Positions 15,816 to 24,468 of a DNA stretch of 64,000 nucleotides are shown here, in pieces. Below the pieces are notes generated by a model. It was not told the DNA's origin. It worked only from the letters and a program-made list of their open reading frames with translations, and ran no database searches. This stretch comes from a virus. Position 1 is the first letter of the stretch. The number at the start of each line of letters is the position of its first letter. A program made the position numbers and the translations under genes. Location of the stretch: positions 1-64,000 of the IMG/VR virus record IMGVR_UViG_3300036832_000548; one strand, written 5' to 3'.

Positions 15816-17651
15816 TTGCCTATCAGCTTTAACAACATACCCTCTAACTGGCGCATGCCACTCTACTGGGCGGAAATCGATCCATCGCAAGCGGGCTTGC
15901 CGATCGTCCGCAACATCGCGCTGATCGTCGGCACCATGAACTCGCAAACCAACATGGAAGTCCAGACGGCGACCGTTGCCACAGGCGGCGGCGGCCTCGG
16001 CTACGTGGTCAACGACGAAATCACGCTGCAATTTGGCGTCACCCTCAAGGTCACCACAGTGGCGTCCGGTGCCGTCACCGGCGTGACCGTCGAGACACCC
16101 GGCGCATTCCCCGGCTCTGCGCCACTGCCGCCCAACCCGCTGACGCAAGTCACGACGACCGGCGTCGGCCTGAACGCGAGCTTCGATGTGACGTGGATAC
16201 AGACGCTGGCGACCAGCGATTTCGGCGGCGTCGGGGTGCCATGGGTTCCGAAGCCGATGGGCACGCAGGCGCAAGCCGATAGCGAGTATGGCATCGGCTC
16301 AGAACTGAGCTGCATGTTTCAAAGCTTCTTCGGAAACAACTTTGCTCAGGAGGTTTGGTGCCTGCCGGTTCCGCCCGCGCCTAACGCGACAGCGTCGGCG
16401 GCGCAGGTGCAAATCCTGACACCCGCGACCGAGGCCGGAACGATCCATCTCTATGTCGCCGGTCATCACGTCGACAACGTCAATGTTGGCACAACTGATA
16501 CGGTGCAAAACATTGCTAATACATTGGCGACCGGCATCAATGACGATCCGACGCTGCCAGTGGTTGCGACGGTCGGCACGGCTCCCAACGACGACACAAT
16601 CACCATCACTTGCAAGACACCGGGGCTGAACGGCAACGACATCACCCTGCTGCTCAACTATTACGGCAAGGTCGGCGGCCAGGAATTGCCGAAAGGCGTC
16701 ACGCTGAGCGTGCCGCCGCAGCTAGGCCAAGGAACTGGCGGCGTGGTTGGTGCCGGCATCCCTGATTTCGGCTATGCCATCAGCAATCTTGGCGAACATG
16801 AGTTCGAATACATCGCGCTGCCCTATACCGACAGCAATACACTGTTTGATTGGGAGCAGGAGTGGTCGTTCGAGGACACGGGGCGTTGGGGGTGGATGAG
16901 ACAGCTCTACGGGCATTTGTTTTGTGCCCGACGAGACACCTACACCAATCTCATCATCTATGGCGAAACCCGCAACTTTGGGGCGACCTCGATCATGGGG
17001 ATCGAACCGGACGCGGCATCGCCAACCTATGAGTGGGCCGCAGCATACACGGCAAAAGCCGCTCGAGCCCTGACTAACGATCCAGCACGGCCTCTCCAAA
17101 CATTGTCGCTCAACACGATGTTGGCGGCACAACCGGAGCGCCGGTTCAATCTTCCTGAGCTCAACAGTCTGGCGGGCGTCGGCATCGCGACTCAGAAGAC
17201 CGGCACCGACAACATCCCGCGCATCATGCGGGAAACGACCACGGCGCAGTTGAATAGTCTGGGCTACAGTGACGACGCATATGAGTTGGTCACGACCTTG
17301 GCCACGCTCGCTGCACTGATCCGCAATCAGCGGCAGGCGATCACCAGCAAATTCCCGCGCTACAAACTTGGAGATGACGGAATTCGCGTGGGTCCGGGCC
17401 AAAAATTGGTGACGCCAAAGTCGATCGCCGCAGAGCTCGTCGCGCAATATCGGATCGATGAGTTCAACGGTCTCGTAGAAAATGTGGATGCGTTCAAGCA
17501 ACACCTCATCGTAGAAAGAGACGTAAATAACCCGAACCGGCTGAACGTGCTCTATCCGCCAGATCTGGTTAACCAATTACGTGTGTTTGCCGTGCTCGTT
17601 CAGTTCAGGCTTCAGTACGACAGAGGCCAGGACCTCGAGATCATCACCTAA
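15816..17651 (+). CDS. Tail sheath protein (Mu gpL-like)
   Basis: ISFNNIPSNWRMPLYWAEID, RWGWMRQLYGH, DPARPLQTL, NPNRLNVLYPPDLVNQLRVFA; TTG start after GGGAGG. Confidence 0.95.
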   Translation: MPISFNNIPSNWRMPLYWAEIDPSQAGLPIVRNIALIVGTMNSQTNMEVQTATVATGGGGLGYVVNDEITLQFGVTLKVTTVASGAVTGVTVETPGAFPGSAPLPPNPLTQVTTTGVGLNASFDVTWIQTLATSDFGGVGVPWVPKPMGTQAQADSEYGIGSELSCMFQSFFGNNFAQEVWCLPVPPAPNATASAAQVQILTPATEAGTIHLYVAGHHVDNVNVGTTDTVQNIANTLATGINDDPTLPVVATVGTAPNDDTITITCKTPGLNGNDITLLLNYYGKVGGQELPKGVTLSVPPQLGQGTGGVVGAGIPDFGYAISNLGEHEFEYIALPYTDSNTLFDWEQEWSFEDTGRWGWMRQLYGHLFCARRDTYTNLIIYGETRNFGATSIMGIEPDAASPTYEWAAAYTAKAARALTNDPARPLQTLSLNTMLAAQPERRFNLPELNSLAGVGIATQKTGTDNIPRIMRETTTAQLNSLGYSDDAYELVTTLATLAALIRNQRQAITSKFPRYKLGDDGIRVGPGQKLVTPKSIAAELVAQYRIDEFNGLVENVDAFKQHLIVERDVNNPNRLNVLYPPDLVNQLRVFAVLVQFRLQYDRGQDLEIIT

Positions 17652-17661
17652 CAAAAACATC

Positions 17662-17692
17662 CGGGCGGGCCAGCATTGAACTGGCCCGCCCG
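17662..17692 (+). other. 12-bp hairpin between sheath and tube
   Basis: CGGGCGGGCCAG-N7-CTGGCCCGCCCG. Confidence 0.6.
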
Positions 17693-17729
17693 ATCCTCTC
17701 AATCATCCTCAAGCTAAAGGAGATCAGCC

Positions 17730-18092
17730 GTGGCCCAGCGCATCGCAGGAACCGCGTTCTGCAAAGTCGATGGAAATATGCTGCCGCTGCGCGGGAACTT
17801 TACGGTCTCGCCCAGCTCGCTCGAGCGGACGTTTTTGGCCGGCCAGGATTATGTGCATGGCTACCAAGAACTGCCGCGCGTTCCGTGGATCGAAGGCGAC
17901 ATCAGCTCAACACCTGACATTTCGATGGAAGGCCTTGAGCAAATGATCGACGTGACCGTGACCGCAGAGCTGGCCAACGGCAAGGTGTATGTGCTGAAGG
18001 AGGCGGCCTGCAAGAGCGCGCTGGAAAACAACACCCGAGAGGGTCAGTTCCGCGTCAAGTTCGAAGGCACGACCTGCGAAGAGATTGGCTAG
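17730..18092 (+). CDS. Tail tube protein (Mu gpM-like)
   Basis: RIAGTAFCKVDG, GQDYVHGYQELP, VTAELANGKVYVL. Confidence 0.92.
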   Translation: MAQRIAGTAFCKVDGNMLPLRGNFTVSPSSLERTFLAGQDYVHGYQELPRVPWIEGDISSTPDISMEGLEQMIDVTVTAELANGKVYVLKEAACKSALENNTREGQFRVKFEGTTCEEIG

Positions 18093-18310
18093 TCGCCGCA
18101 GAGTTCTTCGACGGATTGCGCGGTCAGGTTCTCAGCAACCATGACCTCCAACAAGGCACGATCAGCGAATGGCGGCACGTCTTGGCCTGCCACCCAGCGG
18201 CGTATCGTGCGGGGAGCACGGCGCAAAAGCCGCGCCGCGTCCGTCTGGCTGAGTTCCAGTGTTTCGAGCAGCTCGCGCAAGCGTTGGGCTGATTTGGGAC
18301 GGCGAATCAT
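18089..18310 (-). CDS. Small XRE-like HTH regulator
   Basis: LELSQTDAARLLRRAPRTIRRWVAG; start trimmed to ATG 18310. Confidence 0.8.
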   Translation of the reverse strand: MIRRPKSAQRLRELLETLELSQTDAARLLRRAPRTIRRWVAGQDVPPFADRALLEVMVAENLTAQSVEELCGD

Positions 18311-18621
18311 GGGCGCGTGACCTCTGCAATTGTCGTCCAGACGATACGCCGCCCTCCCGAAAGTCTGCCTTTGATGTGGCAACGGCCGTTGATCTTGCAG
18401 ACGCTCAATATCCTGTTGATGGCATCGGCTCCGACGAACTTGGCGACAATGTCGGCGTCACACCACGAGTCCGGTCGATCAGCTTTCAAGAGATAGATGT
18501 CATCGTTTGCGTCCTTGGTCAGGACGCCACGACATGATTGGTACGGTCCGTGCGGACCTTGGGCATTGCCCGCGCTGGTGAGCGCGAGCAACGCTGCGGC
18601 GATGAGCAGAAGGCGCTTCAT
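18307..18621 (-). CDS. Small secreted Cys-containing protein
   Basis: Signal peptide MKRLLLIAAALLALTSAGNA; 4 Cys. Confidence 0.7.
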   Translation of the reverse strand: MKRLLLIAAALLALTSAGNAQGPHGPYQSCRGVLTKDANDDIYLLKADRPDSWCDADIVAKFVGADAINRILSVCKINGRCHIKGRLSGGRRIVWTTIAEVTRP

Positions 18622-19031
18622 TGTCGGGGTCCGTTGTTGGTTGAGCTGCCGACAAAGCGGCCCTGATCGTCATAGAACGAGCGCGAGTTGCCAATCCGCA
18701 CGGAGCTGCCCGCGAACGAACCTTGGCGATCATAGAAGCTCCGCGAGTTGCCGCGTTCCACGGACGACCCAGAGAACTGGCCCTGAGCGTCGTAGAACGA
18801 GCGCGTCTGCGCGTGGGCCGCGCCAATGAGGATGCTCATCAGCCAAAGCAGGATCGCCCAGAACACCGCTTTCTTGAAATAGAACCAGACCCAGAAGGCA
18901 TTGGCCTGATGGATCTCGCTGCGGACCTGAGCGAGACGAGCGCGGACGAGTTCCAGTTCCAGCGCCGCCAGTTCATCACGGGGCGGTAGCGGCTGCGGTC
19001 GATGCCGCCCCGGAAATTTGATGAGGGTCAT
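18618..19031 (-). CDS. Membrane/exported protein with three 20-aa repeats
   Basis: TM segment ending AAHA, then RSFYDxQGxFxGSS three times. Confidence 0.7.
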   Translation of the reverse strand: MTLIKFPGRHRPQPLPPRDELAALELELVRARLAQVRSEIHQANAFWVWFYFKKAVFWAILLWLMSILIGAAHAQTRSFYDAQGQFSGSSVERGNSRSFYDRQGSFAGSSVRIGNSRSFYDDQGRFVGSSTNNGPRQ

Positions 19032-19186
19032 GATCGCTTCGCCTCCAAAGGAGACACCAGACACAAAACGAGGATGATTATGAGGGCTGACTGCAGCACG
19101 ATAAGTGGCATGTCGATGGGCCAAAGCACAACGAGCATACCGCCGCCCAGCACGCCATAAACGAAGAGGCGGATGAGGGTGCTCAT
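19028..19186 (-). CDS. Small two-TM membrane protein
   Basis: MSTLIRLFVYGVLGGGMLVVLW..LIIILVLCLV; ATGA-coupled on both sides. Confidence 0.6.
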   Translation of the reverse strand: MSTLIRLFVYGVLGGGMLVVLWPIDMPLIVLQSALIIILVLCLVSPLEAKRS

Positions 19187-19296
19187 GTTAGCAATCCCAA
19201 GGTCAAAATACCGAAAATGATGAACAACGATGCGGCGGTTGACCAAAAACTCACCCAGCGGCTAAAGACGATCCTAGTTGCTTTCAACGTGGTCAT
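19183..19296 (-). CDS. Small membrane peptide (37 aa)
   Basis: Hand-translated MTTLKATRIVFSRWVSFWSTAASLFIIFGILTLGLLT; fills the gap with an ATGA overlap. Confidence 0.5.
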   Translation of the reverse strand: MTTLKATRIVFSRWVSFWSTAASLFIIFGILTLGLLT

Positions 19297-19299
19297 GAC

Positions 19300-19593
19300 T
19301 CAGCTTCCCATCGGATATTTGGCGGTGCCATAGATCTCATCGAGGAGTTCCGGGGGGCAGTGGAACGCGCGCTCGACACTGAACGGTTCCGTCATCTGCT
19401 TGCCCTTGTGGTCAGCGAAATGCACTGGGCCACCTTTCCACAGACGGTCCTTGCTGGGATCAAATCCAAACTTGGCCTTGATCTCGCGCACGAACCCTTT
19501 CGGATCGTCGCCCTCGTAGAAGATGATGCGACCCTGTGGGAACAGCTCACGCCACGTTGGCGTGCGCTTGGTCTTGGTCTTACGTTTGGTCAT
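19300..19593 (-). CDS. Hypothetical protein
   Basis: GAGGA SD before MTKRK. Confidence 0.65.
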   Translation of the reverse strand: MTKRKTKTKRTPTWRELFPQGRIIFYEGDDPKGFVREIKAKFGFDPSKDRLWKGGPVHFADHKGKQMTEPFSVERAFHCPPELLDEIYGTAKYPMGS

Positions 19594-19604
19594 GACTTTC
19601 CTCC

Positions 19605-19976
19605 TTATTCCTCGATGAACGCGCCGCAATCGATGCAGCGGCCACGACTGTCGCTGCGATGGTGGCAATGCTTCTGGATCTCTTCGATCTGTTCGTTGAC
19701 GAGGGTGAGCACCGCAGACCAATCATCAGTCTGCAATACGGGCAGGCCGTCATCAGCGAACTGGCCATCGCCGTCGAGGCGGTACACAGAAAAGCGGCAA
19801 CCCTCCTGATGCTCGCGATCCGCTGGGTCGAGATAGTCAATCCAGATGCTCAGCGGGCACTCTGCGTGATCGAAATGCGGCATCGTGTCGTTGTGCCAAG
19901 AGTTGTCGAGCCACTCTGCAGGAAGCGCAGGCATGGTGGCGGGATCAAACTTTGGGAACTCTTCGCGATAGCTCAT
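19605..19976 (-). CDS. Hypothetical phage protein
   Basis: MSYREEFP..W.DNSWHND.MP; C-terminal CxHxxxxGxCxxC. Confidence 0.7.
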   Translation of the reverse strand: MSYREEFPKFDPATMPALPAEWLDNSWHNDTMPHFDHAECPLSIWIDYLDPADREHQEGCRFSVYRLDGDGQFADDGLPVLQTDDWSAVLTLVNEQIEEIQKHCHHRSDSRGRCIDCGAFIEE

Positions 19977-20158
19977 TTGGACACCTTGAGGTGGAACCAC
20001 TCCACTATGAAATTGCACGGCTGCGAATAGTGGCGCATCTCGCTGGTGATTAAACGAGCCTTAAGCGCGTTGTAAATTTCCTGATCACTGTGGAAGAGCC
20101 GCAGCGCGTGATAGGTCGCCCCGTTAGGACAGCCCTGCAATCGTTCAAGAACGGTCAT
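19973..20158 (-). CDS. Hypothetical protein
   Basis: ATGA-coupled within the minus-strand run. Confidence 0.5.
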   Translation of the reverse strand: MTVLERLQGCPNGATYHALRLFHSDQEIYNALKARLITSEMRHYSQPCNFIVEWFHLKVSK

Positions 20159-20640
20159 TGTCCACCCCATGTCTCGCCAGCGGTGAGCGCGACCTCATAC
20201 GGATCAGGAGCAAGCTTGAACAACCGCTCCATGTCAGCATCGTACTCCGTGACCTGATCTGGGCTGAGAGCGGGCGAATAATCCGCGCCGCGTGTGTCAG
20301 GATGGAAACCAAGGCCAATCCTGACAGCCCACTTGCGGGCGATGCCGTACATCTCGCACCACTCAAGTGCGGCCTGCAGATTGGGGAGCGTGCCGTCAGC
20401 CAGAACGTCGCCCTCAAGACGGTAGAGGCCAACGAGATACGGTTCGTCCAACTTGTCGCCAAGGCCACTACCCTGATCGCAAATCCACAAGTAGCCATCT
20501 GGGACGATCTGCTCCCAACACAGGCACCCGCCGCCCGTGTGCGCGACCGTATAGTTGCCAGCAGCAGCAACCGCCTTGCCAACCTCGCTCGCTTGCGCGG
20601 CAGCAGTGGTCGCATCAAGCCAAGTGAAAAAGTTACTCAC
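20155..20640 (-). CDS. Hypothetical phage protein
   Basis: GTG start after GGAGG; HTGGGC and GFHPDTRGADY motifs. Confidence 0.65.
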   Translation of the reverse strand: MSNFFTWLDATTAAAQASEVGKAVAAAGNYTVAHTGGGCLCWEQIVPDGYLWICDQGSGLGDKLDEPYLVGLYRLEGDVLADGTLPNLQAALEWCEMYGIARKWAVRIGLGFHPDTRGADYSPALSPDQVTEYDADMERLFKLAPDPYEVALTAGETWGGQ

Positions 20641-20965
20641 GGGGATCCTCCTGCAGCGCCAATGGTGACTCTGAGTTCCAAGCCTCATCGCTCTCAGCGT
20701 CGTCGCAGCCGGGATCGAGGTGCGTGCCATACGGCGGCAAATAAACCTTGCCCTTCCATTCCTGCTGTAACGCTGCGGTGACTTTTTCGTCGTCCACGCT
20801 CACAAGCATGGCGCACCAAATTTCGTTGAGACCATTTTCAGCGATGGTGCCAACTGTGCCAGCGGGCACGATGCACTCTGGAAAGATGTCGAGCGGCTCC
20901 GCAAAGCGGACGCGCGTCCCTTCCGGGAGTTTCGCGAGTTCAAGCCAAGTCAATTGACGGGTCAT
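20633..20965 (-). CDS. Hypothetical protein
   Basis: Coupled ORF in the minus-strand run. Confidence 0.6.
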   Translation of the reverse strand: MTRQLTWLELAKLPEGTRVRFAEPLDIFPECIVPAGTVGTIAENGLNEIWCAMLVSVDDEKVTAALQQEWKGKVYLPPYGTHLDPGCDDAESDEAWNSESPLALQEDPRE

Positions 20966-21129
20966 GACTTTCTCTTTCGCTGCTTCTGGCCATCGCTGTG
21001 GCCCCAATCGTAAATCGCTTGATCCAAGCCACCGGGAAAATAGTCGCCTTGTTCGCCGTCTTGGAATCCGGTGCGATAGGTTTCGAGTTCCGTTCCGGTC
21101 AGTTCGTAGGCTTTGCGTTTCTTCTTCAT
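20962..21129 (-). CDS. Hypothetical protein
   Basis: YxxGFxDG/YDWGHSDG pattern; coupled ORF. Confidence 0.55.
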   Translation of the reverse strand: MKKKRKAYELTGTELETYRTGFQDGEQGDYFPGGLDQAIYDWGHSDGQKQRKRKS

Positions 21130-21133
21130 GATC

Positions 21134-21340
21134 TCAGTCCATGTAGCCGTGGGGATACTGAGTCTTGGCGTGGTCGCGGCACGAATGGCACGGCTCGACG
21201 TGAGCGTTCCAACCTTTTGCAACACGCTTTTCGGTGCCGTCATATTTGGAGCGGTAGACATAGAATTTAGCGGTCTCGCGAACTAGTTCACCGCGTGAGA
21301 TACACGGGCCAACGGGAGAGAAGGTTCTAACGGTAGTCAT
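21134..21340 (-). CDS. Hypothetical protein
   Basis: GAGGA SD; HVEPCHSCRDH. Confidence 0.65.
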   Translation of the reverse strand: MTTVRTFSPVGPCISRGELVRETAKFYVYRSKYDGTEKRVAKGWNAHVEPCHSCRDHAKTQYPHGYMD

Positions 21341-21394
21341 TTGGTTCCTCGTTTGTTTGATCGGTGGGGAGGGGCCGTAACCCCTCCGGGCTGA

Positions 21395-21592
21395 TCAAGC
21401 GCGGTACCTGTCGATATAGGCAACCGCCTCGTCTACGCTCTTAAATCCGTCCTTACAGTCATACATGCTGTTGAACTTGTTATAGATGCTGTAAGTGCCT
21501 GCGGCTTTAGTCGGATATTTTTCTGACCAGAACTCGATTGAATAGTTGCGGTAAGAGATCCGGCCAAATTCGTCTGTCTGTGCTTTGCTCAT
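21395..21592 (-). CDS. Hypothetical protein, first gene of the inverted cassette
   Basis: AT-richer ORF MSKAQTDEFG directly downstream of the predicted promoter. Confidence 0.6.
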   Translation of the reverse strand: MSKAQTDEFGRISYRNYSIEFWSEKYPTKAAGTYSIYNKFNSMYDCKDGFKSVDEAVAYIDRYRA

Positions 21593-21615
21593 TTCTTTCT
21601 CTCTTTGTTGAAATG

Positions 21616-21651
21616 AATATAGGACAATCCGTCCTAGGACGCAAGGTCCTA
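21616..21651 (-). promoter_or_regulatory. Sigma70-like promoter overlapped by two TAGGAC-N5-GTCCTA palindromes
   Basis: Minus strand TTGCGT (21644-21639)-N17-TATATT (21621-21616); palindromes at 21620-21636 and 21635-21651. Confidence 0.7.
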
Positions 21652-21739
21652 GTGTGCGGCATCTTGGCTGGAATAACAGCCTGTTTTTCAAGGGGGTAAC
21701 TACGACGGTAACCAGAGGTTGACAAGAGGAACACACACA

Positions 21740-22105
21740 ATGGACGACACGACCAATAAACCCGCCCCGGAAGAGGCCATCGATTTCGAGAGCAGCCCGC
21801 AGCTCGATCAGGAAGCAAACCTTGAGCACACGTTGTCGAAGCCCATCCAAGCGCATGGCGAGGAGTTGCGCATTCTCAGATGGCGCGAGCCAACCGGAGC
21901 TGACATCGAGCGCGCAGGCAATCCCATCGTGATCGATTTCTTTGGCGAGAAGCCCACCCTGACATTCAACGAAAAGAAGATGGGCGCGATGATCTCCGCG
22001 CTCTGTCAGATCCCGCCCTCGAGCGTGCGCCAGCTAACCGCAGCGGACTGGAATTCCATCGCTTGGAAGCTAGTCCGTTTTTTTATGCCGCAGGGGGCGG
22101 CGTAA
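21740..22105 (+). CDS. Tail assembly chaperone (Mu gp41-like)
   Basis: LSKPIQAHGEE...LRWREPTGADI, IPPSSVRQLTAADW; precedes tape measure genes. Confidence 0.85.
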   Translation: MDDTTNKPAPEEAIDFESSPQLDQEANLEHTLSKPIQAHGEELRILRWREPTGADIERAGNPIVIDFFGEKPTLTFNEKKMGAMISALCQIPPSSVRQLTAADWNSIAWKLVRFFMPQGAA

Positions 22106-22281
22106 TCGCGCCCGACAGCATCGTGCTGATGTGTTACGAGCTGGCGTATTTCTATCACATTGATCCGCGCTTGTTCCTTGAGCAGACCATCAGCGAGCTG
22201 GCGCGCCACAAGCTGTGGACTGCGCGCCTGACTGAACGGATTCGCGCTGCGCAAGAGGCAGAGTCCGGTTCTGAGAATTAG
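22078..22281 (+). other. Putative -1 programmed frameshift (T7 run) and extended chaperone frame
   Basis: CGT TTT TTT ATG near the chaperone end; the -1 frame stays open to TAG 22281 (CYELAYFYHIDP..TISEL). Confidence 0.75.
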
Positions 22282-22284
22282 GCA

Positions 22285-24468
22285 ATGCCTGACCAGACAG
22301 TCGAGATCAAACTAGTATTGCGGGACGAGCTGTCCAAGCAGCTTGCCCCTATTGTTGCGCAGGTCAGGCAGCTCAATCAGGCGATCGATACTACCCGCCC
22401 GCAACAGCACATGGAGCGGTTCGGCGGGGCCGTCCAGGGCGTTCGCCGCGAACTCTCCGCACTATCGCAGATCACTTTCGGCGGGTTGATCGGCGGCGGC
22501 ATTGTCGCTGGCTTAATGGCCACGGCAAAGGCGCTGGGCGACATGGCCAACCGTGGCCTCCAGCTCCGCTACAGTGCCGACGCGCTGGGCGTCACCACCG
22601 GGATGCTCAATCAATTTTCCGACGCCATGATGGGGCTCGGGAAATCGCGTGAGGCAGGTCAAGCAAGCATCGAGGCAGCAACCAAGTCGCTGCGCGAGCT
22701 ACAGATCGAAGGAGGACAGTCAAAGCTTTTCACTGAACTCGAGCGCGCCGGCGGCGAAACCGGCCAACGCCTCGCGCAAGAACTGGCGAAGGAGATCGCT
22801 GGACCGCGCGGCCTGCAGGGCGGTCTTGAGTATGCGATGCGCCGCATGGCGGGGATGCGACAGGAGTCAGCCGCCAAGTTCGCAGAAATTCTGGGGCTGG
22901 GGCCGGGGTTCGGTCGGGAGGCCGCGCGGGATTATCTGCAAGTCCTCGGGCAGCTCCCCAAGCGACTCGAACTTTCGCATCAGCAGCAGCTCGAGCTGGC
23001 AAAGGCCAATGCGAGCCTCGGCATCTCTTGGGACAATATCAAGACTACGCTGGCCGGATCGCTGCTCCCGATCTTCGCGCAGCTCACTCACACGCTCGAT
23101 CAGTTCCTGCAATCCAAGGCCGGTCAGGAATTCACCAAGCAGCTCGAATCATGGGGCCGCGAGATGAATGCCGCGCTCAAGGAGTGGCTTGAGGGCGGCG
23201 GCTTAACGCGACTGACCGAAACGCTCGGGACAGCGGTTGGCACGTTGAGGCAGGGATTTGAGGCCGCTGACAAAGTGGTCACGGCCATGGGAACGGATTG
23301 GGGGCACGTCCTAGGTGCGCTTGGGATCGCGGTGTTCGCCTCACAGTTGGCGGGCATTGCTTCTAGCCTCCGATTGATTGGAGGCATTCCCGGCATCGCC
23401 TTGATACTTGGTAGCCTCGCGCTCATCACAAAGCCAAAGATCGAGGACATCAAAGACCCGGCAAAACGTGCGCAAGCGGAAAAGGACGTAGCGGGCGGCG
23501 CAGCACAACCCGGCGACCCGTGGGCACTTTGGAATATTCTCAAGGATCTGTTGAAAGGCAACATCGATTGGAAATCGATGTTGCGCGAAGATCCGCTCCT
23601 TCCCTTTCCGGGCAGTGGGCAATCCAAGACTCCATCAGAGAAGCGCGCCGACGACGCAGCAAAAAAGAACGCGCAACAGCGCATCACCGAAGAGTTCAGA
23701 GATCTCGATTACGAACTCCAGAAGCTCAATCAATACCTCGCGCCGGGTGGACCAGAAGGCAGCGCAGGATCAAGCGGTTTCCAACTGCCTCCGTATCAGC
23801 AAAAAGATTTCACGTTCTATTATCCCGGTGCCAGCGGTGCGAAGGGAATGGAAGGACCGTTTGAAACCGCGCGAGCGGGATTGGACAAGCAATTCACTCC
23901 TAAAACACTTGATGATTTTCGGTTGGGGCTCACGCCCGCTGTTACGGTTGCTGGACCTGCGAGCAAATTGGGACAGTCGATCAACTTAGGCGATATCGAA
24001 TATCGCAGCCCGATTGATGGCAAAGTCTATCAGGTCCCTAATGTGCCGGGTTATGTGCATGATCGCGGCGGGGCATTCACAGAAGATAAACCAAACAAAC
24101 GCGACATCGCCGTTGGCGATTTTCGTGGCCTCAATCCTGTCACCGGCTTGCCATTCAATGACGCTACCGCAGAAGCGTTCAGCCGCGGGAACAAGCAATT
24201 TGCCGCCGGCACATTTCCAACAGCGTCAGGCTACGATGAAGCGGGCTTTACCGGCGAAGGCGTTGTCGGCACCGATCCGATCACGTCGCATCTCGCCACG
24301 CGCGATTCTCAATCCGTCAATGGCACCGCTACCGTCGACATAGACGTTGGCGGCATGACGCAAGCGATGCGAAATCCGAATGACCTGTTCAAGCCGCAAC
24401 CACTCGGCGGTTCAGTGCAAATGCAAAACGTGACGCGCCCAGACAACAATCCTATGAGTTTCCAGTAA
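22285..24468 (+). CDS. Tape-measure-like protein 1 with 3D/DPBB-like lytic transglycosylase domain
   Basis: Helical Ala/Gly-rich N-terminus; FTFYYP..VTVAG..VHDRGGAF..RDIA near the C-terminus. Confidence 0.7.
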   Translation: MPDQTVEIKLVLRDELSKQLAPIVAQVRQLNQAIDTTRPQQHMERFGGAVQGVRRELSALSQITFGGLIGGGIVAGLMATAKALGDMANRGLQLRYSADALGVTTGMLNQFSDAMMGLGKSREAGQASIEAATKSLRELQIEGGQSKLFTELERAGGETGQRLAQELAKEIAGPRGLQGGLEYAMRRMAGMRQESAAKFAEILGLGPGFGREAARDYLQVLGQLPKRLELSHQQQLELAKANASLGISWDNIKTTLAGSLLPIFAQLTHTLDQFLQSKAGQEFTKQLESWGREMNAALKEWLEGGGLTRLTETLGTAVGTLRQGFEAADKVVTAMGTDWGHVLGALGIAVFASQLAGIASSLRLIGGIPGIALILGSLALITKPKIEDIKDPAKRAQAEKDVAGGAAQPGDPWALWNILKDLLKGNIDWKSMLREDPLLPFPGSGQSKTPSEKRADDAAKKNAQQRITEEFRDLDYELQKLNQYLAPGGPEGSAGSSGFQLPPYQQKDFTFYYPGASGAKGMEGPFETARAGLDKQFTPKTLDDFRLGLTPAVTVAGPASKLGQSINLGDIEYRSPIDGKVYQVPNVPGYVHDRGGAFTEDKPNKRDIAVGDFRGLNPVTGLPFNDATAEAFSRGNKQFAAGTFPTASGYDEAGFTGEGVVGTDPITSHLATRDSQSVNGTATVDIDVGGMTQAMRNPNDLFKPQPLGGSVQMQNVTRPDNNPMSFQ

